Shown: positions 11,061 to 21,068, counted from the first letter of the stretch. The stretch is 64,000 bases of DNA from Chloroflexia bacterium (GCA_036388595.1 DASVRN010000110.1:8953-72952); one strand, 5' to 3'. The notes: a model not told the origin generated them from the sequence alone. Translations and numbers: made by a program.

Positions 11061-12203
11061 CTAGCGTACCCAGGCTTTGATAAAAGTGATACGCGGGAAC
11101 TGGCCGGGCAGACGGCTCCAGTTCTCCCCCGCATCGGCAGAGTAGAAGAGTTCGCCCATGCTCGTGCCGAAGTATACGCCCGCAGGCTCCATGCTATCCA
11201 CCGCCAGCGCGTCGCGAAGCACACCCACATAGTGCGGCTGCTCGGGCAGGCCATGCTCGGTGAGTTCCCAGTTCTCCCCGCGGTCCTGCGAGCGATATAC
11301 GCGCAGCCGTCCATCTTTCATGTGCCGTTGCATGTCACTCTCAAGTGGGATCACAAAGAGGTCGCCGCGCCCGGTGATGCCCATCGGGAAGCCGAAGTTA
11401 CCGGGTAGGCCGTTCTCGATAGGTTGCCACGAGTCGGCGGCATCGGTCGATTTGAACACCCCGCCATGAAACTGGCAGTAGAGCGTATTTGAGTCGCTCG
11501 GGTCGAGGACCAGCTTGTGCACGCACCGTCCCACGTCATGGTTGCGTATGCCCGTCGCCACCTGTGGCAGCCCGTTGTTGCAGATCTGCCAGGTTTCGCC
11601 GCCATCCTGGGTGCGGAACACGCCCACCGCCGAGATACCTACCCACATGCGCCGGGCGTTGTCGGGGTCAACCAGGATGGTGTGCAGGCAAAGACCGCCG
11701 TTGCCCGGCCCCCAATCTTCCCTGGAGGGATGTCCTGTAAGGCCCGTTACCTCGTCCCATGTTATACCACCATCGCGGCTGGCAAACAGCCCGGCCTCGT
11801 CCACGCCCGCGTAGAGGGTGCCTGGGTGGTCCGTGTGCCCCGGCACAATCTGCCAGATACGGTTGAGCTTGAAGCCGCTCTCCTGGCTATAGCGCGGCCC
11901 GGTCTCGACTTGCGTCCAGTTAGCGCCCATGTCATCACTTACCCGGATGGTGGGGCCATACACGAAGTGCGAGGTGCCAGCATATATGCGGTCGCCACCC
12001 CGGCCATCCCCATTCACACCGCACAGGCTGTAAATCTCCCAGCCGTCGAGGTGAGGTCCTGTCATCTCCCAGTTCTGTCTAGCTCCGTCGGAATGAAAGA
12101 AGAACGCACCTTTCGCCGTGCCGACCAGCACAGTCACAGCAGATGCTTTACCGTTGCCCCCACTGCTCTCATTGCCGGTGTTCCCGTTGCCGCTACTTGC
12201 CAT
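11061..12203 (-). CDS. BNR/Asp-box repeat beta-propeller protein (Ycf48/sialidase-like fold), apparently cytoplasmic
   Basis: Six S-x-D-x-G-x-T/W-W Asp-box motifs (SDDMGANW, SRDGGITW, TQDGGETW, STDAADSW, SQDRGENW, SADAGENW). No signal peptide. Confidence 0.65.
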   Translation of the reverse strand: MASSGNGNTGNESSGGNGKASAVTVLVGTAKGAFFFHSDGARQNWEMTGPHLDGWEIYSLCGVNGDGRGGDRIYAGTSHFVYGPTIRVSDDMGANWTQVETGPRYSQESGFKLNRIWQIVPGHTDHPGTLYAGVDEAGLFASRDGGITWDEVTGLTGHPSREDWGPGNGGLCLHTILVDPDNARRMWVGISAVGVFRTQDGGETWQICNNGLPQVATGIRNHDVGRCVHKLVLDPSDSNTLYCQFHGGVFKSTDAADSWQPIENGLPGNFGFPMGITGRGDLFVIPLESDMQRHMKDGRLRVYRSQDRGENWELTEHGLPEQPHYVGVLRDALAVDSMEPAGVYFGTSMGELFYSADAGENWSRLPGQFPRITFIKAWVR

Positions 12204-12483
12204 AAATTTTTGCCCCCTGTAGAAAGTGATGCCTCGCGGGGGATGCCGCGAATGGCCGGATTATAGCACTGATGTTCTGCTGAGTCAAGAAGTGCAACTG
12301 CTTATACACGGCCTTATCAACTCTGAAGTCGCGCGCGAAACCGTTGTGCTCTTCAAGCAGCGTCACAGGAATGCCCAGGTGTTCGGGCAGCGCCAATACA
12401 GTGCCCCCAGATGCAGCGCCCCAGGTTCAATAGAAGCCCAATCGCAAAAAGGGATGAGGGGATGAGCACCCAAAGCCCCGCCT

Positions 12484-12619
12484 TTGTCATTCTGAGCGTA
12501 GCGAAGAATCTCGTCCTCTACCGGGATGGTTCCACTTTCGTTTGGGACTCTGTTGCTGAAGGAAAGGTGGTATTTGGGTGCTGAAGGACGAGATTCTTCA
12601 CTGCGTTCAGAATGACAAG
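12484..12619. repeat. REP/BIME-like inverted-hairpin element, copy A (type 1 arms TGTCATTCTGAGCGTAGCGAAGAATCTCGTCC)
   Basis: About 32-bp arms in inverted orientation with a ~70-bp spacer. It belongs to the same family as the copies at 21968, 22907, 24623, 27480 and 63174. Confidence 0.8.
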
Positions 12620-13162
12620 GGCAGACTTTGTCGCCAGTGATCGGGCTGCTTTTTGTGTGATGGCTTCTACGCGGTACACAATGCTTTCCTCCAGTCCCTC
12701 AGAGCAAGCGCATTCAACCTGCGCCATATGCTCTATTTGCGTTCTGCCGGACTCGTTGCCCTCGTATTTGCTCCTGCACGTAGAGCCTGGATTCCCGTGG
12801 TGGAGAGGGTTAGCTCTTTATTCGTTCGGGACCACCTACCAGCATGAGAAAGAGCAAAATAACAACATTTCTACTGGTGAGTGTTGAGGGTACTCTTGCC
12901 ATGCGTAGTACCTCTATCTGTATGACCATCATACCCCTGGTGGATATCCGTACGGCCTCGACAAACTTATACTATTCGTATGCACCTGACTGGGAACATC
13001 TACCGGCTCACCATTGGCAAGCCAGCAGCGGCAAGGCACCGGGCGTGGGTAGCGGGTAGTGTGCATCGTAACTGGAAAGTAGGACCAGGAACGCGTTCCA
13101 TCTTCCGCGTAGGTTTCGTCTCACAGTTGAGAGCAGATAGTAGGGAGTAGGTCGAAGCAGCC

Positions 13163-13597
13163 ATGTATACTATGCCAGCGGTACAGACGATTCAGCATCA
13201 GGAGTCTCCGCCACAACCAGACCGCAGGGCTTGTGAGCCTCAGCCGGGCGGCCCAATTTTGGTAGTTGAAGATGATGCCCTCATTCGCGAGATAGTCTGC
13301 GAAGTTTTAGAAGGTGCCGGTTACGAGGTGGTGAGTGCAACGGGTGGGTACGACGGGCTTCTGAAATTATCCGGTATACATCCCGCTTTAGTGCTCCTGG
13401 ACATGCGAATGCCTGACCTGGATGGGGATGCGTTTGCGGATACGATGAAAGTTTCACACGCACACGTTCCCATCGTTGCCATGACCGCAGCAAGCGACCT
13501 CAAGAGTTGGGTAGCCAGCATCCAGGCACAGGCTTACATTGCCAAGCCCTTCGACGTGGATGATTTGTTGGCGGTTGTCGGGCGATTTGCTAGCTGA
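13163..13597 (+). CDS. stand-alone CheY-like response-regulator receiver protein
   Basis: Receiver-domain motifs are present (ILVVEDD; LVLLDMRMPDLDG; KPF). The exact start is uncertain. Confidence 0.65.
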   Translation: MYTMPAVQTIQHQESPPQPDRRACEPQPGGPILVVEDDALIREIVCEVLEGAGYEVVSATGGYDGLLKLSGIHPALVLLDMRMPDLDGDAFADTMKVSHAHVPIVAMTAASDLKSWVASIQAQAYIAKPFDVDDLLAVVGRFAS

Positions 13598-13718
13598 TCT
13601 CTGGCCTATGGACCTCTAAGAGGACTTGCACAGCCACAGCCTGGTTGCGCATCCCGGAGACTACGGCATAGCAGGCAAAGAGCTGCCCGCGCGATGTTTG
13701 CGAAACGCTTTCTGGGTC

Positions 13719-15683
13719 TCAGTCCTGGCGACCGCTCGCCTCACCCGTGCCTGGCACCTCTGCTGGGTCGTGGACCGGCTCAGCGGGCGTGGGGGTGTCC
13801 GGCGCTGTAACGTAGATGACAGTGGGGAACCAGAACCGCCGGCAGCTAACCGCGCCCACCAGCGCGAGCACGGCACACAGCGTTGAGAGTAGCCCCCACT
13901 CAAAGCTCAATAGCCACGTGCTGGTTTGCGCGTCGGCATTCCCCACAGCACTGTGGATCGCGTTCGTTTCCTGCTCGGTCGCTTGTGAGTTCCCCCCCAG
14001 GCGCGTATCGCCGGACGCAGGGATTGTCGTCTTCGCCGCACTGTGCGACTGCCTGGAGGAGGTGGTGCCACTCGCAGTTCCACCGAAGGAGTCACTGCCC
14101 GTGTCTTCATGCCGCACACTCTGTGACGTTGGCTGCCTGGGAGCCGCGGAATCCCGAAGGGGGGCCTGTTCTGCCTGGGAGGCGGGGTCCGGGGTTGGCG
14201 GTTGGGGTGCCGGAGGTACTGCGGTCGTGGTTGCCGTCTGTGTGCCGGTCGCGCTCGCACGCGGAGGGGGAGGGTACTCGCCTATCACTTCCAGGGCGGT
14301 CCTTACCCTGGCGCAGTCCCAGGGGTAGAGCAAACCTTGCCCGTTCGTGCTGCCATAGCCTGGGGCGAAGCGGTTACCGTAAGGGTCGTTGACGAGCAGG
14401 TGACCGTTCCTGGTGTACCCTGTAGCTACGAGCACATGCCCCGAAGCCGTAAGGTCGTTACCAAGTACCACAGGGTGGCCGCGGTCGAGCGCCCCCGCCA
14501 CCGCGTCCCAGTTTGCGCCTATGTACCTGCTTTGCAATCCGTGCTGCCGGAGTACGGTAGCCATCCTCGTCCAATCCGCGAAACCTGTTGCACAGATCGC
14601 TCCATACAGGCCGGCTACGGGGTCGCCCTGTGGGTCTCGTGCCAGGGCATCATACGTGTAGCCATTATTTGAGTATTCGCTGGTGACGTAGGGCGCGAAG
14701 TTGCGGCCACCCACTATAGTACCGGGGGTGGCGACCCTGGTGCCGGTCACCCTGGCGGGTGTTACCTGGGACGAACTGCCAGGTATCCGGGTGACTGTAG
14801 GTAGGATCGTAGCCGTAGTCGTGACTGTGCCTTGCTGAGCCATGTAGTCCGACCACACATCGAGCTTGCCGTAGTAAGCCAGCACCATCACCAGGCTGGT
14901 GGGACCACAGGCCCAGTTACCGTCGGCACCTCCGATATCGAGTACCTGGTGCACGTAGGGTACCGGCAGTTGCACGATGACCTCGCCGGGCACAGGCTTA
15001 CACTCAGGACCGGGAGGTAACCAGTCGGGTGTGGCAGTGGGAGTCATGGTGGGCGTGGAAGTAATGGTAGCCGTGCCTGTAGCCGTGCTGGTCTGGGACG
15101 GCGTGGGAGTGCCGGTCAATGTAGCGGTGTAAAGGGCAGGTTCACCGGTTGGCGTCGCAGCAGGGTCTCCGTCGCCAGGCCCGGCCCCAGGCTCCGTGGG
15201 CACGGGTTCGATGGTAGAGGGGACCAGACCAGGCAGAGGAGTGCTGGGATAACTCCTCGGCACCGGCGTGGCGGAGGGTGCTAGCTGAGTGGGCACCTCC
15301 GTAGGGACCTGCGCAGGGCTGGGTGACTCTATAGGTACGGTCGCGGTTTCCGTGCTAGGTGGCAGTGCTGTGTCGGTGGGCGGTGCAGACGGCGGTTCGG
15401 TTGCTGGCGGTTCCGTCCCTAGCCATTCCAGGGTCGGAACGGCTAGTGTCTCCGTGGGGAGAGGCGGGGTAGCATCATCCGCGTAGGACCTGCCGGTGAG
15501 GGCGAACGAGGCAAGGAGCAGCAAGCAAGAGGCCCACAATACCAGGACGGCACGAATCCACCTGTGAGTAGGTAGGGGTAGACGCGACCGAGATCGCGGA
15601 TATTGGTCGCAGTCGGGTTGTTGTCTGGGGGGCACAACTCGTAGGGTGGACGATAGTAGGATATGGGCGGAAGAGTTTAACAT
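13719..15683 (-). CDS. membrane-anchored Pro/Thr-rich protein with a peptidase C39-like (papain-fold) domain
   Basis: N-terminal signal/TM helix and long P/T-rich linkers. The C39_2-like core is NWACGPTSLVMVLAYYG...GHVLVATGY...NDPYG. A TM helix lies near the C-terminus. Confidence 0.65.
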   Translation of the reverse strand: MLNSSAHILLSSTLRVVPPRQQPDCDQYPRSRSRLPLPTHRWIRAVLVLWASCLLLLASFALTGRSYADDATPPLPTETLAVPTLEWLGTEPPATEPPSAPPTDTALPPSTETATVPIESPSPAQVPTEVPTQLAPSATPVPRSYPSTPLPGLVPSTIEPVPTEPGAGPGDGDPAATPTGEPALYTATLTGTPTPSQTSTATGTATITSTPTMTPTATPDWLPPGPECKPVPGEVIVQLPVPYVHQVLDIGGADGNWACGPTSLVMVLAYYGKLDVWSDYMAQQGTVTTTATILPTVTRIPGSSSQVTPARVTGTRVATPGTIVGGRNFAPYVTSEYSNNGYTYDALARDPQGDPVAGLYGAICATGFADWTRMATVLRQHGLQSRYIGANWDAVAGALDRGHPVVLGNDLTASGHVLVATGYTRNGHLLVNDPYGNRFAPGYGSTNGQGLLYPWDCARVRTALEVIGEYPPPPRASATGTQTATTTAVPPAPQPPTPDPASQAEQAPLRDSAAPRQPTSQSVRHEDTGSDSFGGTASGTTSSRQSHSAAKTTIPASGDTRLGGNSQATEQETNAIHSAVGNADAQTSTWLLSFEWGLLSTLCAVLALVGAVSCRRFWFPTVIYVTAPDTPTPAEPVHDPAEVPGTGEASGRQD

Positions 15684-15930
15684 GGGGGTTCAATCCCACG
15701 GACCCGCGCCCAGGCTACATGATTAGAACGTAACGCTACCTGTAGGTTGCGCTGGTGACATTACATTGGAGAGAGTACGACTGCCTCCGGAAGCCTGGAA
15801 GCAACAGGGAACTACATCTTGCCGGGTTACAGGTCGGACCTCACTATTGCCCAGGGCGTTATCAACGCGCTCAAAGAATATCCTCCACAGGAGGGTAATA
15901 CATGGGGTCCTCTCATATTACCCGGTGCTG

Positions 15931-16527
15931 TCAGAATGAGCCTGTTTTGACTTCCCCCGCACGTTTGAATGTAGCAATTATCACCCCACTTGGTGAAGAC
16001 TTAGCTTCAACCAGCGTATGAGAGGCAGGAATAGTACCTTTATCAAACAAGCGTTTGCCCATACCGAGTACCACAGGGAATATTTTGAGCCAGAATTCAT
16101 CAACCAGATCATGCTGCAACAATGTCTGAATGAGATTGCCACTGCCATGCACCTGCAGGTCGGGTCCCTCTTGTTGCTTGAGCTTTTTTATTTCCTCGGC
16201 AACGTCACCATTCAAAAAGATCGACTTACCCCACTCATGGCTGGTAAGCGTATGCGAAGCCACATACTTTGTTGCCTCGTTTATCGGGTTCTCCCCGCCC
16301 TCTTCTTGAGGCCAGTATGCTGCAAATATCTCAAACGTTTTCCTCCCGAGCAATAGATCAAATGGGCTGCTCATCTGCTCGGTCATTTCCTCGCCAAGGA
16401 ATTCGTCAAAATACGGGACCGACCACCCACCATAGGTAAAGTCACCGCTGGGGTCTTCAGTGGGTCCACCGGGCGCCTGCATGACGCCATCGAGCGTAAT
16501 AAAGGATAGCACAATAATCTTTCGCAT
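15931..16527 (-). CDS. dihydrofolate-reductase-like (RibD C-terminal/YyaP family) protein
   Basis: Full-length 198 aa starting MRKIIVLSFITLDGVMQAPGGP with GRKTFE and VHGSGNL motifs. GC content is clearly below that of the neighbouring genes. Confidence 0.75.
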   Translation of the reverse strand: MRKIIVLSFITLDGVMQAPGGPTEDPSGDFTYGGWSVPYFDEFLGEEMTEQMSSPFDLLLGRKTFEIFAAYWPQEEGGENPINEATKYVASHTLTSHEWGKSIFLNGDVAEEIKKLKQQEGPDLQVHGSGNLIQTLLQHDLVDEFWLKIFPVVLGMGKRLFDKGTIPASHTLVEAKSSPSGVIIATFKRAGEVKTGSF

Positions 16528-16678
16528 AAAGTCATTCTACCACATTGAGCATTCATAAAGCCTGCCCACAATGGTGCTGGGACAGGCTCTTTGTTTTCAT
16601 GGGGTCGCTCAGGTCCAGTCTATATGCGAACTACTACTTTCATTTCTCATCATCCGCCGCTGCTTCTGCGTCACCTAC

Positions 16679-16833
16679 CTTCTCCGGCTCTTTAGTCGCC
16701 ACGCTTTCCTCCCCGGCCAGGAACTCGTCCAGTCCACATAAATAGGGGGTACCGCCGGGTCGGGTTCCCTCTTTTCGCCCGCGGGATAGACGTTCACCAT
16801 ACGGCCCTCTTTGTCGTACTCGTAAATGTAACC
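16679..16833 (-). pseudogene. frameshifted copy of the small gene at 18886..19074 (direct repeat 1 of 2, ~155 bp)
   Basis: About 90% identical to 18913-19068. A 1-bp deletion breaks the frame and the RBS is lost. Confidence 0.6.
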
Positions 16834-17218
16834 CCACCTTGTCACCCACGCTTATTGCCAGCACCCTCCTTTCACTTATCTGCCTGCCCCCAACGCTCCA
16901 TCACCACATTCCCCTTTAACTCCTTCTCTCTACCACCGGCAACCCGCTATTCTTCCATTCCGTAACGACAACTTACCTCAACTGGCACAGACATTGCTTC
17001 CCTACAACTGGGTAGGGCGAGAAACTATTTTCGCGCGTATATTTAGCGTGCTGTGGAGGTCATATGAGAGTACAGGGTGGCGGCAACAATGGCCTGATGA
17101 TGATTGTTATTGGAGTGGTGGTCTTACTGCTCATCGCGCTCGTAATCTGGTTCCTATTCCTGCAACCGCGCTAGCATTGCGTTATGTTGCACTAAAGATA
17201 AGCACAGGAGGCAAAACC

Positions 17219-18814
17219 ATGAGAAAAGGTAAATCTGTAATCGGGCAGGGCATTTTAAGCTACAACGAAGGGGCAAAAGTAGGCTCTGTGAAGGACCTGC
17301 TTATCGGCATGAACAACGACCGCGTAGTGGCATTGCTGGTGGAGGAAGGCGGGCTACTAAGTAGCCCCAAGGTAGTTCCGTTCGAGTTCGTAACTAGCTT
17401 CGGTAAGGACGCCGTGGTAATGACCGATTTGAAGGGCATTATCGCGGTGGACAACTACCCTGAGGCCGACGAAATACTAGCCCGCAACGACAAGCTCCTC
17501 GACAAGAAGGTCTTCACCGAAACGGGTGAGGATTACGGTAAGATAACCGACGTATTCTTCAGCGAGCAGGGTGGCCGGGTGGTCGGCTACGAGGTGTCCG
17601 GCGGCCTAATCGAGAACGTAAAGTCCGGCACTTCCTACCTGCCCCTCGAGGACATTGTGAACATCGGTCCCGACGTGATCCTGATCCGCCCCGACGCGGG
17701 GGATGCTCTCGACGCGCAGGTTGGTGGCATTCAGGGTGCGGTCCAGCAAGCGGGCGACAAGCTCGGCAGCGCGGCTACTCAGGCCAAAGACAAGGCCGGT
17801 GAGGTCGCGGGCAACGTGCGCGAGGCCGCTTCTGCTGCTACCCAGAGTCCCGAACAGGCTGTGATCGGTAAGCGTGCCGCGCAAACGGTCGAGACCAACA
17901 CAGGCAGGATTATCGTAGCTACGGGACAGCGCATCCGGCAGGAGCACCTCCAGCAGGCGCAACAGGAAGACAAGCAGGCCGAGCTTTACGCGGCGGCAGG
18001 TGTCGGCCAGGCGCAGGCGGCGGGTGCCCAGGCAGGCGCGACCCTCCAGCAGGCGGGCGACAATGTGGGCCAGGTAGCCGGCCAGGCCGCCGATACAGCC
18101 CAGGACTGGTGGCACACCTTCACCGCCAAGATTTCCCAGATAACCGACGCCTCGGGCAAGAAGGTCGACGAAGAGCGCACCAAGCAGCGCCTCTCCACCA
18201 TCCAGGATGCGGTCGGCCGCCCTGTAACCAAAGTCATCCTCGACCGCCAGGACAACGTCATCCTCAACCTGGGCGACATCATCACCCACGAAGCGGTGCA
18301 GCGCTCCTACGACGCGGGCATGCTCGACAGTATGCTGGAGAACGTCTATAAGGGCGAGGTTGAGTTCAGCAAGGAAGAGATGCGCGCCCCCGTCGAGGCC
18401 GAGGCTACCGTCGACAAGGCGAGCGGCCAGGCTCAGGTAGTAGACGATCTGGAGCAGAAGGTCGACCAGCTAAAGCAGGAGCGCCAGGATGTCATGGCGC
18501 AGCCCGCCACTGCCTACAAGGAGCAGCAAGACCAGCAGAGCGGCCAGGGGCAAGATGGGCAGCCGCAGGACCAGCAGGACCAGCAGACCCAGCAGTCGCA
18601 GGGCGGCTCACAGGGCGGTAACGGACAAGAGCAACAAGAGCAACAAGAGCAACAATCGGCCAAGCAGTCCCAGGGTAGCAAGCAGAGCCAGCAGAAGAGT
18701 GCGCCACAAATGAACGCTTCGGACGGCGGAAGCGGTGGCACCCTCGCAGCTACCGAGACGGAGACGCACGAGCAAGCCAGCATCCCGAATGAGCAGTTCC
18801 ACCAGGGCGCATAG
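17219..18814 (+). CDS. PRC-barrel domain protein (two PRC barrels) with a long Gln/Ala-rich low-complexity tail
   Basis: ATG at 17219 follows AGGAGG. PRC-barrel-like segments (VIGQGILSYNEGAKVGSVKDLLI; KVFTETGEDYGKITDVFF) are present. The tail contains QQEQQEQQ with (GAGCAACAA)3. Confidence 0.7.
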   Translation: MRKGKSVIGQGILSYNEGAKVGSVKDLLIGMNNDRVVALLVEEGGLLSSPKVVPFEFVTSFGKDAVVMTDLKGIIAVDNYPEADEILARNDKLLDKKVFTETGEDYGKITDVFFSEQGGRVVGYEVSGGLIENVKSGTSYLPLEDIVNIGPDVILIRPDAGDALDAQVGGIQGAVQQAGDKLGSAATQAKDKAGEVAGNVREAASAATQSPEQAVIGKRAAQTVETNTGRIIVATGQRIRQEHLQQAQQEDKQAELYAAAGVGQAQAAGAQAGATLQQAGDNVGQVAGQAADTAQDWWHTFTAKISQITDASGKKVDEERTKQRLSTIQDAVGRPVTKVILDRQDNVILNLGDIITHEAVQRSYDAGMLDSMLENVYKGEVEFSKEEMRAPVEAEATVDKASGQAQVVDDLEQKVDQLKQERQDVMAQPATAYKEQQDQQSGQGQDGQPQDQQDQQTQQSQGGSQGGNGQEQQEQQEQQSAKQSQGSKQSQQKSAPQMNASDGGSGGTLAATETETHEQASIPNEQFHQGA

Positions 18815-18851
18815 TCCAAGTAGTGTAGACCTGTCTCAGAGTGATACCGCG

Positions 18852-18893
18852 GACAGAGATGCCGTCTAGACGGCATCTCTGTCTTTCATTTTT
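18852..18893 (+). terminator. Rho-independent terminator after the PRC-barrel gene
   Basis: 14-bp perfect stem GACAGAGATGCCGT/ACGGCATCTCTGTC with loop CTAG, followed by TTTCATTTTT. Confidence 0.55.
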
Positions 18894-19074
18894 CACCCTC
18901 TGCCTCTCCTATCTTCTCCGGCTCTTTAGTCGCCACGCTTTCCTCCCCGGCCAGGAACTCGTCCAGTCCCCGGTACACAGGAGGTGCCGCCGGGTCGGGT
19001 TCCCTCTTTTCGCCCGCGGGATAGACGTTCACCAGGCGGCCCTCTTTGTCGTACTCGTAAATGTAACCTCCCAC
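18886..19074 (-). CDS. small conserved-looking protein (62 aa; YIYEYDKEGRLVNVYPAGEK...GLDEFLAGEE), intact copy
   Basis: GTG start 10 nt after AGGAGG. A degenerate duplicate lies at 16679-16833. Confidence 0.4.
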   Translation of the reverse strand: MGGYIYEYDKEGRLVNVYPAGEKREPDPAAPPVYRGLDEFLAGEESVATKEPEKIGEAEGEK

Positions 19075-19123
19075 GGATGTAGTTCCTCCTGTGTGGCGGG
19101 ACGGCCCGATAGCGCCCGGCAAG

Positions 19124-19576
19124 CTAAGGTTCCGGCGTGAGCTCGTAGCCTTTGTCCCGCCAGGACACAAAGCCGCCCTTGAGGTTGTGCACGTTGCTGT
19201 AGCCAAGGTCGGCCAGCGTCTGCGCGGCGGCGGTGCTCATGCCGCCACCCTCGCAGGTCAGCACGATTTTGGCGGACTTCTCAGCGGGTAGCTTGTCCAG
19301 GTTGTCCGCGATTTGGTTGTAGGGGATGCGGGCGTCGAGCTGTGGGAGCTTGCCTTCGTTGGGCACGTGCACGTCCACCAGGAAGAAGTCCTTCTTGTCC
19401 ATCATGGCCTTCAACTCGCCGGCGGTCACGTCCCTGTACTGGTTGCCTGATTCAGTCTTCACAACGTCGCCGGTCACCGGGGCCTGGGTCTCGGTAGCCG
19501 TGCCGCACGCCGCGAGCAGTAGAATGAGGCATGTGCCGGTTAGCAGGATCGCGAGGCGGGAAAAGCGTTTGGTCAT
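19124..19576 (-). CDS. rhodanese-domain lipoprotein (sulfurtransferase-like)
   Basis: Signal/lipobox LLLAACG and a rhodanese fold with an active-site Cys loop (LTCEGGGMS). Confidence 0.7.
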   Translation of the reverse strand: MTKRFSRLAILLTGTCLILLLAACGTATETQAPVTGDVVKTESGNQYRDVTAGELKAMMDKKDFFLVDVHVPNEGKLPQLDARIPYNQIADNLDKLPAEKSAKIVLTCEGGGMSTAAAQTLADLGYSNVHNLKGGFVSWRDKGYELTPEP

Positions 19577-19699
19577 GGGTAGGGGTCCTTTCCTGGGCAA
19601 ATGTAAGCTCTATAACCCCATCCTACCTCACGCAGTGAACAGCCGGGTAAACTCGGGTAAGCGGCCGGTGAACGTTTGCACCGGGTACTAAGCGCGCCG

Positions 19700-20677
19700 C
19701 TAATCTTCTACCGAGTGGCTGCCGAGAGGCTGGGTGCTGAACTTGCTGCCATTGTACATGATGGTGCGGTTGCGGCCCTCGTCCTTGGCATTGTAGAGCG
19801 CCTGGTCCGCCGCCACGATGAGGGCGTCCTGGCTGTCGCCGTCACTCGGAAAGCAGCCTATCCCGGTGCTGATGGTCATGCGCACGGGGAGGGTCCGGGT
19901 GCCGCCATGGGGCCTGGCGAAGGGACGTGCGGCTACGGCCTGGCGGATGCGCTCCGCGACCTTGAACGCCCCGCTGGCGGTGGTTTCGGGCAAAATAACG
20001 GCCAACTCCTCGCCACCGTAGCGGGCCGCGCTGTCACCCGCGCGTATGTTCTCCTGCACCAGCTGAGCCACCTCGCGCAACACCTCGTCGCCCACCTGGT
20101 GGCCGTAGGTGTCGTTTACGGCTTTGAAGCGGTCGAGGTCGATTATCATCACCGATAGGAAATGGTGGTAGCGCCGCGACCTTGCCAGCTCGGCCTGGAG
20201 CAGGAAGTCCATCTCGCGGCGGTTGTACAGGCCGGTAAGCTCGTCCCGCGTGGCAAGGTGTCTCAGCGACTCCTCGGTGCGCTTGCGGTCGGTGAGGTCC
20301 GTCACTACGGTGACCAGAAACTCCTCGCCCTCGATGTGGATTCGTTGCGCCGAAAAGAGGTTGACGCGAATCTCCCCCGCACTGGTAAGGAACTTTACCT
20401 CTCGTTGGACAGAGCCTTGTTCCTGGACGGCGCGCACCATTTCGGCCCTCTCCTCCGGGTTTGCCCACATGCCGAGTTCCAGCGCGGTCGCGCCGATAAC
20501 GTCGTCCCTGGAGTAGCCGTAGAAGCTCAGGAAGTTGTCGTTGACCTCCAGGAACCTCCCGTCGCTAAGCCGGGTGATAGCCATCGCTACCGGGCTGGAA
20601 CAGAAAGCTCTTGCAAGTAATTCGTTGGAGATACGCGGGGTAAGAATTTCGTCCGCGGGGACACGGTTCGCCGTCAA
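19700..20677 (-). CDS. PAS-domain diguanylate cyclase (GGDEF)
   Basis: N-terminal PAS domain. GGDEF domain with RYGGEEL active-site motif and an upstream RxxD I-site-like region. Confidence 0.85.
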   Translation of the reverse strand: MTANRVPADEILTPRISNELLARAFCSSPVAMAITRLSDGRFLEVNDNFLSFYGYSRDDVIGATALELGMWANPEERAEMVRAVQEQGSVQREVKFLTSAGEIRVNLFSAQRIHIEGEEFLVTVVTDLTDRKRTEESLRHLATRDELTGLYNRREMDFLLQAELARSRRYHHFLSVMIIDLDRFKAVNDTYGHQVGDEVLREVAQLVQENIRAGDSAARYGGEELAVILPETTASGAFKVAERIRQAVAARPFARPHGGTRTLPVRMTISTGIGCFPSDGDSQDALIVAADQALYNAKDEGRNRTIMYNGSKFSTQPLGSHSVED

Positions 20678-21068
20678 AGGCAGGCCCTCCCTGGTTGGCT
20701 CGTCGCATGTTGCTGGAGTTTAATTACGAACGGCAGCCTTGCCAGCACGATTCGGACCTCTGTTCAACCACATTGGACCAGTCGGAATGGGGCGGCGCGC
20801 TGTAGCCCCCTGGTCGCAGGTGTTTACGCATGTTAGTAGTACAGATGAAGCCATGATGTCGCATATTTGCGGGAGCGAACGACAAGAGAGTCATTACAGC
20901 ATTTGGGACCGCGGCCCCACGGCAAAGGCAACCTGGCCGAGGCAGTTTTCCTCGCACCCTGTTGTATATATTAGCTGACACAGGATGTCAGGTATGATGT
21001 GCTATTGTTGCAGAACGTGGTGTTTCCGGCACATAGTTTCACAAAGTGGGTGAAGGAGGTGAAAGTTC

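Noticed and set aside
15676-15700. A tRNA T-loop-like GGTTCAATCCC string
   Set aside because: No acceptor or anticodon stems can be drawn. The string is the start-codon region of the 13719..15683 CDS.
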